In this document: in pieces, positions 11,576 to 23,117 of the stretch
Position numbering within the stretch: position 1 is the first letter of the stretch
How the letters are laid out: every line of letters begins with the position of its first letter
Assembly: GCA_051530055.1 (NCBI GenBank)
Contig: CM121342.1
Location: 7,572,691-7,636,690, forward strand
Source: Neoechinorhynchus agilis
Taxonomy: Eukaryota > Animalia > Acanthocephala
DNA: 64,000 nt
Direction of reading: 5' to 3'
The notes under the pieces: generated by a model
Database searches by the model: none
The model's input: only the letters and a program-made list of their open reading frames with translations
Told to the model about the DNA's origin: nothing
Made by a program: the position numbers and the translations under genes

Positions 11576-14012
11576 TTTTAGAATTTATTTATGAAAATCA
11601 TAGTTAGGAATGTAAAAATATATTGCAAATAAATATAATTTAAGCAATTTATCTATGAGCAATCCTCTATGGATCAGTTGCATCAGATTTATACATACGA
11701 CAAAAGATGCGATCGCAATGAAGCGTATTTCGTAGTCTTATAGGAAAGCCTAGTTTTATATTTTTCTCGCCAATTTTCGACTTTATCTTTGTTTACTAGT
11801 TGAAACGAATATTACTTAAGTGAATCTGAATTTAGAACTAAACAAATTCGATTCGACATTTTTTATTCGCGCGTTTTGTAATGGAAAATTTTTTGTTAAT
11901 TTCTGATCAATTTAAAAAATATTTAATGTTGTGGAAAGCACTTAGAATAATTTATTTATTTGGGAACGTAAATACTAAACAATATCTTTCAGGCAATATA
12001 AAAATAATTATTCCCAAATAATTGTGTATCGAGCGGTCGTACAAGGAACCAAATATGTTAAATATTTGTATAAATTTATCAATATTTGTACATTTACTCA
12101 AACGAATGTGATGGTTGTATTAATTCTGTTGCTAACCAACTCCTTAACATACTGCTTCATTTTATTAAAAGGAAAGGTATCCATTGATCTGCAAAACAAT
12201 TCGTTAATATTTATTAAATAAAATAATTTGGAATATATTAGAATGTTAATCGTCAAAAAATCGTCTAGTTATTCTTCACTTGTCCGAAGATAATACCTTC
12301 GGTTTATCTGTTGTCCATCTTACGAAAGGAGATTTGGATAGCGAAGCCTTATCACATTTTGTACATCCAATAGCAACGCTCTAATTGGTATTCGTTGATC
12401 TTGCACTTCCAGGTCGTTTGCAATCCTAATAAACTCGTACCCGATTCTTTGAACTCTCCAAAGTTTTACAATAATTCGTGTCCATTCGAACGTATCGACA
12501 TATAAAAGTTGAGCTTCAAATACGTTTCCAAGAACAATTGCTCGAAAAAGAATTTCATCGAAAATTGAACCCGTTGAGGGCGACATGCCATCTTCTAGAC
12601 TGCATGGATATGCCATATCCGGCACTAATGCAAATTGCGGTTCGCAGGTAAATATGAAACATTCTTCTACGATTGCCGTAATACCGAAATCGACCAAATA
12701 AACGGTATAAAGACGATATTGTCGAATTAAAATGCGAGCTCGGTAATATTGCCCTCCATAAGCTACAACGTGAATAGTCATTTCATCTCCTGATCCATGG
12801 TCATTGTCATTCTGGTTAGCGGGACTAGAATAATAATCATTCATTTCATAGAGAAAATTTGAATTATATTCAGCTTCGTTCAATGGCCAAACGTAAAATT
12901 GGTAGGGACCCATTGCACCGATAACACGCACCAAGCTATTCTCGAAAAACGCAGCAGCTACAGGGATATTTTCGTTCAAATGAGCCAGCGTTTCATTGTC
13001 CTCGGGGTGTTCAGGTCTGAGAAAATAAGACGACCCATCTCTGCTCTCTTGGTCGGATTGCATTAGCTCATCTTCGTTTTGATCGTTATTCATTTTTGGG
13101 CAATATAGCTTTTTCGCTTTTGTGACCTTCTCAGAAAGGGTTTCGTTTTGTGGTATAATTACATTACGTAATCATTATATAATTAAAAAACAATTTCTGG
13201 AAAATGCTGATTGATAAATTATTATTTACTAGATAATAATTGCATTTCTACCAATAAGAATCCATGAATATGCGACTGGTGTTTTTAAGCTGCATCAAGA
13301 ATTTCAATGTTTCAAAGTTGGAAAAATTTGTCATACTATTTATTTCGAGATCTGAACTGAAAATCACTGATATTATTTCAATGTTTTGCTCGATTAATCT
13401 TAGCGGCTGATTAATCCACAACGTCATAGGATTATTCTGTTTATTGGTCTGCTGAAGTATTGGATACTTTTCTGCTCTATTTTATTCCATCTTTTATCGT
13501 TGCATTTCTTTTGAGGCATCATGAAAATCTGAACAGATCTAAAGCCATTAGTTATAATCGATTTTTTCAAGTCAATAAACGAGTTGTAAAAACGACTTAA
13601 TGCTTATCTTATTGACGGGTTTGGCCTATAATCTGTACTTTTTGTTTCCAACTTGATGAAAACTTTTGATTGCCCGAATTTGTTGCAAGTTAGTTGCTTA
13701 TTTATGGCGTAAAAATTAAAGGAATTTAATTTTTTGAAGAATGAAATTTTAATAACGCGTTTGATCATTCACACCACCGCTCTGCATCAAGAAATTTATT
13801 AGATCCGATATTTAGGCAAAATCTCGTGCTTTTATGACGCTTAAAGCATGTTCTGAGTTTTATGTAAAATATAGTTTCAAATTATTCAATACATTAAAAC
13901 AGTAAAGAATGGAAAAGAAGCTATTAAACACCCTTTTATAAAAAGAGTGGTTTTTATTATCATTCATCGATAAACAATTTTTTCAAAAACTATTAATATT
14001 ACCAGCAGAATT
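11576..14012. repeat. Segmental duplication A, copy 2
   Basis: Matches 4333..6743 with scattered SNPs and a small indel near 13750. Confidence 0.95.
12320..13093 (-). CDS. Single extended-Tudor domain protein, copy 2
   Basis: Translation identical to 5077..5850. Confidence 0.85.
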   Translation of the reverse strand: MNNDQNEDELMQSDQESRDGSSYFLRPEHPEDNETLAHLNENIPVAAAFFENSLVRVIGAMGPYQFYVWPLNEAEYNSNFLYEMNDYYSSPANQNDNDHGSGDEMTIHVVAYGGQYYRARILIRQYRLYTVYLVDFGITAIVEECFIFTCEPQFALVPDMAYPCSLEDGMSPSTGSIFDEILFRAIVLGNVFEAQLLYVDTFEWTRIIVKLWRVQRIGYEFIRIANDLEVQDQRIPIRALLLDVQNVIRLRYPNLLS

Positions 14013-14039
14013 GTAAAAATCGATTGCGATGAAATATTT

Positions 14040-14321
14040 AAAAAACATAGATCAGCTGGCGCAATACCCCTAGAATTAATTTCTATGGAAAAGTACATAA
14101 AAACCCAATCAGCTTGAGACCAATCTTTGCAAAGGGCCATTCCCCATAGTAATGGAGTGATTACGTCTGATAACGAATTCATTGAAAGGCTCAATGACCA
14201 CACTCACTTAAGTGGACATAGAATAATATCGACAGATATAGTCAACCTCTTTACGAAAATTCCAGTTGATGAGGCTATTGACTTAGCCATTCCGATTCTC
14301 TTGAGAATTAATCAAGGTTGA
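14040..14321 (+). mobile_element. Penelope-like element reverse transcriptase fragment
   Basis: PRINFYGKVHKNPISLRPI and STDIVNLFTKIPVDEAI are typical PLE RT motifs. Confidence 0.75.
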
Positions 14322-14399
14322 AAAACTACCAGAAATTTGACCGCAGAAGGGTTACCTAGGGTTTTCGCTCACATTTAGTTCTTACCATACAATGAAAGG

Positions 14400-16806
14400 A
14401 TGCGCGGGGTTACCTAGGAGCGCTTGACATGGTTGACCGTAGTAAGAAAGTCTTTACTAGCAGAAATTAAAAAATTATTGATTTCATCCATAGATGCAAT
14501 TTTGTTACTGATAAAAAAGAAATTCAGAGCCGCATTAAAAAGGAAGATATTAAGGGAGCTAAGCTTGAATTTTTTACAGAGTAAAATGTTTTCGTCGAAA
14601 CCCCATATGATGCAGTCATGTCCAATTCTACGAAATAGGGAGTTTTGAGAGGTGGTGAATGGCTTTACGGAACAACTTCGCCGCCAAAGGCATAGATCCA
14701 GGTAATGTCGTGGGAGTCGGTTGCCCTAATTACGGCTTTGAGCCACTTCTGGGATGAGTCATTAAAATCTCCAAAGATAAAATCTATCTCTGAGTTTAAA
14801 ATGTTTTTTAGGCAAGCCTTACTTTCGAGTAGATGAATCTTGCCGGGTCTAATATAGATATTACATAATAATAAAACCTCACCCTTATAATTAAAAGAAA
14901 AATCGCATAGGACATCATCGGGGAAGCGTATTCAGAGATCCTTTTAGGTAAGAAATATGGGCGAAAAATGGATAAAAGGCCCTGAGAGTTGGCAGAGAAT
15001 GGAGGTGTTATAAAAAAAATAAAGTCATTAAGAAGGTGAAACATACTATTTGGAAGACCTGAAATCGAGTAGATCGATTTTGTTTCTTGTAACAGGAGTA
15101 TGTCGCATTCTTTAAATTCGGCCTTTAGCTGTGATAGACCTAGCGACCCCCCCTGCATTCCACTGCACTAACCTGAGGCTCATCGCGCCCTGCCCTTACG
15201 TTTGGAGTAAAGCTTATGAGGCTTCGCAATTATTTTGTGATTCCCGTTCTCAATAATCAGTTTTTGTTCCTCGATAATTTTTGCCTCACAAAATTCTCGT
15301 TATGGAGGACAGAGATATCTTTGTCTACTGAAGTTGTTTTGTCTGGAAGGAGATGAAAACATCCTCCTTTAGCAGGAACATCCAACTGCATCGATGAAGT
15401 TTTAAGAAGACCGGAGAGGCTGTTGTCAATAGAGTTTACAAGTGCTTCAAAATGTGCTGCAAGTCTCTTTTCCAGCCCTTGGATTGCGTAGTTTATCCTT
15501 CTTTAATACCAGACTCATGATGTTCTCTGAAAGCTCTTCTAACTTCGTATCCACTGAATAGGAAGAGGCAATGTGATTGCTCGTTTGAGCAGATAGCGTG
15601 ACTGTAGGTCTCAGATTGAATGAATATGGAGCTGCGCTGGTCTGTTGAGCAGTATGCATTCTGGATGCTATCGCCTTGTTCGAATCCCTAGAGGCCCAGT
15701 TAATATAGTCCTTAAATGTAGGGTATGTTTTAGCAAAGGCACAATGACCAACTGATCCACAATTAGCACATTGTCTCGACGACTTTGGGCAGGCTGAAGA
15801 ATGATGATCTGCAGCACAGAAGGCGCAAACAGTTTTCTTGAAGGGGCATTTTTGTGCCCAGTGTCCCCATTTCTGACACAGGTTACATCTCGGAAATATA
15901 AAATTATCTTGGAGTGAGATTTTGTTCTTTACGAATTTTACTTTCATCAACATGAAGGAACAAGAGGATGTTGTCAATTTCTCTCGAGTGTGAACTGGAG
16001 CTTTTCCCACTGCGCGTGGGATTGGTTTGCCGGTTTTCAATGATTTCAGGAAAAAGACCACTTCACAGCCGAATTTGCATTCGAAAGCTTTCCTGTCCTC
16101 AAGTTCTATATCCGGAGATAGACCCGAGACTATGAAAGTTGACTTATAGCTGGAGTCAGTAATTTTAAGAGAAGGGTCCGCATTGTAACTGTTTAGGAAG
16201 ACTTTATATTGTTTCATAAAGATATCGGAGACGAATTAGATGTTCACGGTGCCTCCATAATATGAGATGGATTTGATGCGATTATAATCATCTTTCAAAG
16301 AACGCAGCCATGGCGTAACATATTTGTTGTGTAGAAGATTTCGAGGTTGGATTAGTTGTGAGCGAGACTGAGAATGGCCATTTTTAATCGGGAGATCCTG
16401 ATATTGTAAATCATTGGGTGAATTTTGTTGGATATTCCCGAAAGGCTGATGACAGGTTTCCGGGAGAGAGTAGAGATTGAGTTATTCGGAGTTTGGTGTA
16501 TGTTCCCGAAGAAATGTTGTGTGCTCCGAAGGAACTGGTGACTGACTTCAGGGTTGGATTTCCTATCTTCGTCTCCATCCGTATCCATTGGTTCCGTGAC
16601 GACATCATCCGGAGGAACGGGTGGGATAACAAAGGCAGGCGAAGGATGATTGGGTGGCCGTATGCCACCCTCCACAGCAACGACAGGTTGCGAAAACATG
16701 TCGTAGATGAACTGCCGTTAAAAAATAACCAACGTGTCCGATGCGCGCTAAGTATCGATCCATGCGATACAAATAAAAGTATGTGTGTCGCATTGAATAT
16801 CATCAT
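14400..16806 (-). mobile_element. Decayed 5' half of a LINE: ORF1 with three CCHC knuckles plus an APE endonuclease remnant
   Basis: CNLCQKWGHWAQKC, CAFCAADHHSSAC, CANCGSVGH in ORF 15447..16217; DILLLQETK in 14808..15158; FIFGDFN near 14.76 kb. Confidence 0.75.
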
Positions 16807-16844
16807 TAAATTTTAGTTTGTCCCTTCTTGTCCGGCTTATTTTT

Positions 16845-17090
16845 TAGGCATAAAGCCTCTAATGCACGGTTAAGAGTTTGTGCATTCCTCCGGATTCTCA
16901 GATACCTCCCGGGGAGGCGGGATTCATCAGTGAGTTTCCAACCTTCAGCGGTATTTCGTCCCCTTTGGTTGTGCGTCATTGGCGATAGTGGGTTCGAACC
17001 ACTTGACCCCTAATCGGGATCGCGGGCATTAGTCCACTTCGCCACCTCGACACAACTACGAAATGTCAAACTCAGCCAGTTTTTCGACTC
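16845..17090 (-). mobile_element. tRNA-derived SINE-like element carrying a rearranged hammerhead (core 16892..16962)
   Basis: Box A-like TGGCGAAGTGG, perfect T-arm AGTGG-TTCGAAC-CCACT, then GGGAC-GAAA-TACC ... GGAAACTCA-CTGATGA-ATCCC ... GGTA-TC-TGAGAATCC. Homologous to the 7.8 kb copy and the 45-47 kb array. Confidence 0.75.
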
Positions 17091-17106
17091 AGGGTGAGCG
17101 CTGTAT

Positions 17107-18210
17107 TCACCGTGTGCTAGTTTGAAGGCAGACTTCGAATAACAAACTAGTTGTTGTTATATGGCTACCACAAATTGCGACGATATGGATTGGGCGTGAG
17201 TAATGGGTATCCAGCAATTCTATTAATTCACGGTAATCATAATCGTTGACATCTTTTCCCCTACTTAGACTTGAGAGTAGTTGGCATGCCGAGGGCCCAA
17301 TCCATGATAGGAACATGTTTCTCATCATTAGTCGATCGGTGACATTTTGAGCAGCAAAGTGAAACCCGAGTTGTTGTTTGTAGCTTCGCTAACTTTCCGT
17401 TTCCTACAGAAAGGGTTGCTCGCACATTATCCTTTCTGGCAGTCGTGTTCTAATTATCCGTCGTTAGCAACTGTTCTAATAATTGTTGCTGTTGTTGGAG
17501 AATTGTTCTTAATATCCCACCCTCAGAATTCATGGTGGTACGAAACGGGAAGTTTAGTCTATTTGGGCGTCCCTGGATAGACGCTTTCGAAATTCCTTGG
17601 CCTGATGTCGTATGCCACAGGCTTGATAGCCAGCAAACAGAATCAGATATCGATTCGGTCGTTACCTCAATCGATTAGCTACTATTGAAGAATAAGTCGA
17701 TTTCCGATGAATCGAATACTCCTGTCAATAATACCGAAATATCACTAGCAATCGCACCCAATGCCTAACCGAGAAGATGGGCAATTCGAAGAATTCCACT
17801 GACATTGAAGAACAAAGTAGAAAACGAGTTGATAAGGCAATTAGAATCAGATGTGCTGGAGAAAGTGGATCTATGTAAAGACTATCGATTTAGCTGCGCT
17901 GATTGTGATTGCAAGGAAACCTAATGGTGATATCAAGATTTTAGAGTAACAATTAATCCACATCTAACAATCGATAACTACGCCATTCCTACATGGGAAG
18001 AGATCGTCAACCAAATAGCGAGAGGTGAGCAGTATTCAAGGCCTACCTGTCAACGTGGACTCTAAAAAATACTTGACAATCTCGACCCATTGACGATTTT
18101 TAGGATACAAACGACTGCCATTTGGAATCAGCTCAATTCCGGCAGTTTTTCAACGTTACATGGATGAACTACTCGAAGCAATTCCTGGCATCGCAATTTA
18201 CTTGAATGGG
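17107..18210. mobile_element. Scrambled Ty3/gypsy LTR-retrotransposon fragments (gag-like on -, RT on +)
   Basis: Plus strand: VENELIRQLESDVLEKVD, KPNGDIKI, TINPHLTIDNYAIP, YKRLPFGISSIPAVFQRYMD. Minus strand: YRELIELLDTHY. Confidence 0.75.
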
Positions 18211-18902
18211 GGTACGAAACGGAAAGTATAGTCTATTTGGGCCTCCCTGGATAGATGCTTTCGAAATTCTTTGGCCTGGCGGGGATTATAGGCTAAAACT
18301 CAGAATAAAGCTACCGTACCTTTGACTTGAAGAAGTCTCTATTTTCTCAATCACCAAACAAAAAACGTAACCGCTATATAACATTTTTTTCTTGCTAAAA
18401 TATGAATTTGTAACTTTGTTGAATTCCCTTGTCAAAATGGAAAAATTCATAGCCTGAGGAGTATCCTAAGAGACTGCGAAAAGCAACTTAGTGAAAGTCT
18501 GAATGATTGCAGGAGTAGCACGTGCGCGAGGAGGAAATCTTCCTCTTTCGAAATGATCGATTTCAACGAATTTTTAATTTGACGTTCATAACTCGCGTTC
18601 GCTATTTGTGCTTTTTATGGCGTAAAAATTATATGAATTTATTAAATCCAAGAAAAAAGTACCCAAAAACAATTAGATTCATATAAAAATTCCTTAAATT
18701 TTTACGCTTAAGGAAAATTAATAAAAATTTTAGCCAATCAGAAAAAATCCATGGGGCCCAGAGACGTGCACTGAGCTTAAAGGAAAATTAATCAAAATTT
18801 TAGCCAATCAGAAAATGTTATAAACAGACTTTTCAATTCCAGGTTTAAACTCATCGTTTCCCATAGATCAATAAAAATGGACGTTTGCATCCTTTCTAAC
18901 CC

Positions 18903-19147
18903 GAAGTCTTAATCTCCAAGTTCTTAAAATAATAAACACACATGAAAATACTCACCATAAAAATGTTGTATTTCCGAAGAATTTCTCTGGCATCAGAGCA
19001 GAGATCATCAGCAATGGCAAACTCTTTTCTTGACAAGAGTTCTCTGTATTTTCGCTTATCTGAAACGTTGAAAAAATTTAGACAGTCGCGATCGCGTTGT
19101 GCATTTTTCCTTGTGAGTTTTGTTGCCTTCATTCGTTGAGTTTGCAA
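18903..19147 (-). pseudogene. 3'-truncated copy of hypothetical gene X (first exon only)
   Basis: Translation identical to 22794..23132 up to KTS, then diverges at the duplication breakpoint. Confidence 0.5.
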
Positions 19148-20906
19148 CGTTTGTTGTTAAGAATTCAGGTAATTATAAACTGTTAATTACATAAAAAGGA
19201 GCTTTTCTGGAACTAAGCTTCGAAAATCGGACACGCCGCTGTTTTCGCAATCGTCGGTTCAATCTTTTTCCTTTTCTCCTATTGGTTTCTTCATCACGAC
19301 TATTCATTATAAAATATCAACTTGATCAAATCGACCGTTTCATCTCAACGATTTCCATAGCAACAAAGTCGAGAGATAATGATTTTGACTACGAGAAATG
19401 AATTACGACATTTCAATGCTAAGTATGAAAAATATTTTCGTCGGTCACATCATCATTTGAATTAAATATGCGAACATTTACGTTAAAAAACTTCACGGCT
19501 CATTAAAATAAAATTATTGAAGTTTAATAATCACAGGAATGAAGAGTTATATAATGAAGTTCTAAGATCAATCTCCTTCGTCGAACATTTGATTCGCATT
19601 ATTCAGCATTTTTTAACATTATTAAGCTAAAAGTATGACGACAATGATTTCTACGGTTTTCAAATATCTTTGATTTGTTCTGTCCATTCTTTGTACTTAT
19701 TATAGAAATTGAAGGGTTATTGATTTCGTATTATAACTTTCGTTTTTATTGTTGTCCTAATATAAAAACAAAGCACTTGATACTAAATAAAAAGGGATTA
19801 CTTAATATTCGATCATCAAGAGGACGATCATCGACGATTTGATTTACGAAACTGTACGATTTTTTTCCAATAACATATAAATTTTTAAGATTATCACAGT
19901 TTTTGGCTTCCCGTTATTTTTTTCGAACATAAAACATTATTTATGCCAATCATAGAGACTAATCCATTTACGTCTATTAAATTTTTATTGGAGATTTTAA
20001 CACGATCAGTAAGCTTTTCGTTTTCATAGGTGTTTTCGAATCATTTAAAGAAAATCGCTGCTTTAAGTCTAGAGACCTTAATTCCAGCGCGAGATGGTCA
20101 AAGAATATACTTGTTTTGTTAAATTCATGCTAAAATCCTTGGGCATTACAACGATGATTTAAGTGAATGATTCACATTGTTTGGTGTTTTGTAAATCAAA
20201 GTAACTTTTCAGACATGGTATAATTGAAGCCTTGCAGGAGTGGCAATAAAATATTTAAGTTTGCGTCCTTAAAATGATGAATACGTTTCTTTTTAATTTT
20301 CCAACAATCTGTTGAAGATGTTATCGATCACTCTCGGTGTCTAATTATCCACATTTTAGTTTTGCGTTCGAATTCAACCTCCAAAAAACGCACAACTAAA
20401 TTATAAAAAATTCATTTACTTTGATTATCGAATAGAAAATTATTATAGTTATGTTTGCTAATGACAACCGAAGATACTAATCCACGATTTCTTTATGCGA
20501 TCTCATAGACCAACAAAAATATCGACCGATTATTTGTTTACTGGCATTTTTATTGACAAATATAGATGGATTTTGTTGACTGTGTTCGTACACAGATTGA
20601 AAAACAGCTCGACGCCAGTTTGCGTATCTCTCAGGGTGGATAAGTTCAGCCACTACGGATAATCTTTGGCAATTTCTCTGTGGTTAAACTTTCGACAGAA
20701 CAATGAACGCTGAATCAAAACTCGAACTGGAGCTCGATCAAATTGAAGTTTCGAGGCCAAAATGGAGTACGTATTATATTGCTTATTAATACCAAATCAA
20801 TAATTCCTTAAGTTTTATTTCTTAACTCATATCGGTTAAGAATAACAGTTCTACTTAGCTTCGCAATATTCTCCTGCTACGCTCAAAGAAACGGACTGAG
20901 TTCAGC
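18903..20906. repeat. Segmental duplication B, copy 1 (about 2.0 kb: 5' end of gene X, shared upstream region, 5' end of SLC17)
   Basis: High identity, with scattered substitutions, to 22888..24893. Confidence 0.95.
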
Positions 20907-22388
20907 AATAACTGGGATGGTGAAGGACGATAAGGTAAATTCGGTTATCTTCTATTATCAATTTTTCGATTTTTGAATAACAGGGAAACGGTTATTATGA
21001 TTGGAAAACCCGAACCGGCATAATTCTGGGATCCTTCTACATTGGATACGCGCTCGTTCAATTCGTTGGCGGCTATGTCGTTGCCAGGACTGATGCCCAT
21101 AGAACACTGTCCATATCTTTGACAATGTCAACAATTTCGACCCTGATTTGTCCCTTTGCCGCCAACAAAGGCGTCGGCACAATGGTGGCATCCCGCATTG
21201 TGGCTGGAATTGGCCAAGCTCTTGCGTGGCCTTCGCTGTACAGTGTAGCAGCCGCTTGGTTTCCACCTAAAGAAAGATCGACCCACATGGGCCTCGTTGG
21301 AGCAAGCCAGGCCATGGGAACAGTCGTATCTCTCTACTTGGGCGGCATTTTCTGCAAAATCAACAACACGATCATATATTACATTAGTGGATGGGCTCTC
21401 TTTTTTTATCTTCTTGGTAAGTAATTCTAGCTAATAATTATGTATAAAAAAGTAATAATCTAGGATTCATTGGACTGGTTTGGCTTCTTTTATGGATGCT
21501 ATATGGTTCGCGGTCACCGCAGAACTGCAGAAGGATAAACAAACATGAACTGAATTATATTGAAAGCAACGTGGTCCATACAACGCCAGCGTCCAATGCA
21601 ATCCCCTGGAAAGCTATCGCTCAATCAAAAGAGGTGTGGGGATTGTGCCTAACGATGATGTTTTACGATTTCGGACTCTACGCCACGTACACGGTCGTTC
21701 CACAATACTTAAAGGATGCTCTCAAGTACAGTTATTCGGAAATGGGCCTATATTCCGCTCTCCCCCATGTTGTTTGTACAATCGGGAGTATCCTTAATGG
21801 ATACATCGCGGACAAATTGATCAATGGCCGCGTCCTTTCCAGAACAAACTGTAGGAAATTCTTTCAATCAGGAAGTGAGTTAAACAACGTTTATTCATTT
21901 GTTTATTGATCTTTTAACAGGTTCTCTACTTGTCGGATTGTCAATGCTGATGATTGCGTTTGTTCCGCCAGAACGGAGAATCGTAGCCGTCGTATTGTTT
22001 CTCTTCTGTGGATTCTTCATGTAAATTTTTGCCATCTTTACTTTAACTTATCGTTCGTTTATTTAGTTCTATGGCATTCGCAGGAGGCTACTTTGTTGCA
22101 GTGTCAGATATTGGAGGCAATTATTCCGCAATAATATACGGAATCGGAAATACAATGTCGGCCATCGCGGGTTTCATTTCACCAACACTTCCCTCGGCAA
22201 TAGTCGGTTCAGAAACACGAAATGTCGCCTCAAAATGGAAGACAGTTTTAATGGTCTATTCTGGATCGCTGTTCTTATCTTCCGCAATCTACGGTATTCT
22301 TGGATCCGGAGAACAGTGCAGTTGGGCAAAAGATCCTGAAAATCATCAAGAGAATGATGCCATAGAACATAGAGAACAGGATCTTTGA
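20703..22388 (+). CDS. MFS anion transporter, SLC17 (sialin/VNUT-like) family, multi-exon
   Basis: YDWKTRTGIILGSFYIGY, RIVAGIGQALAWPSLYSVAAAWFPPKERS, IPWKAI..SKEVWG, YSAIIYGIGNT; GT-AG introns of 43-75 nt. Confidence 0.9.
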
Positions 22389-22793
22389 ATGTCAAGCGGC
22401 TTTAATGGAATAAAAAGATTTACTTTTGGTTGGATTTGAAAATAAAATTCTATCATAAAGTTGAGAGCGCTTTTAGTTTTTCTCCATAAAATTTGTGGTG
22501 CCGTATTCAGAATGTTAATTATTTTTTCATTCAAGATAAGGCTGAAGGATAAATTTTAAGCAAACAAAACGTGTTTTTATGCTTCCCATAAATGCTGCAA
22601 GTGAGATGAGGGGAAATGAGTATTTGACACAAAGTCACTTGCCGCCAAAGATTGTTAACTGGGAATTGTTGTGAGCGCAAAATCACTGCCCGAGTTGTGT
22701 TTCGCTTCTTCAACTTAAAACTCTTCGGAAAAAAGTACGAAACATTATTCTTCGCTTGCCAGCGAATCGACTGAAAAACTACGATTATTCCAA

Positions 22794-23117
22794 CTATTTT
22801 GCATCAAAAATATAATTCAAAGCTCCAGATTCGACCTTCAGGACATCCCTCCACCGTTCACTCAAAAACTTCGCTTCAAGGAAACTTGAAGTCTTAATCT
22901 CCAAGTTCTTAAAATAATAAACACACATGAAAATACTCACCATAAAAATGTTGTATTTCCGAAGAATTTCTCTGGCATCAGAGCAGAGATCATCAGCAAT
23001 GGCAAACTCTTTTCTTGACAAGAGTTCTCTGTATTTTCGCTTATCTGAAACGTTGAAAAAATTTAGACAGTCGCGATCGCGTTGTGCATTTTTCCTTGTG
23101 AGTTTTGTTGCCTTCAT
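22794..23117 (-). CDS. Hypothetical gene X (probably multi-exon; 3' end uncertain)
   Basis: ATG at 23117 (MKATKLTRK...) followed by a GTGAGT donor; coding-like sequence continues beyond the duplication breakpoint only in this copy. Confidence 0.45.
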   Translation of the reverse strand: MKATKLTRKNAQRDRDCLNFFNVSDKRKYRELLSRKEFAIADDLCSDAREILRKYNIFMVSIFMCVYYFKNLEIKTSSFLEAKFLSERWRDVLKVESGALNYIFDAK

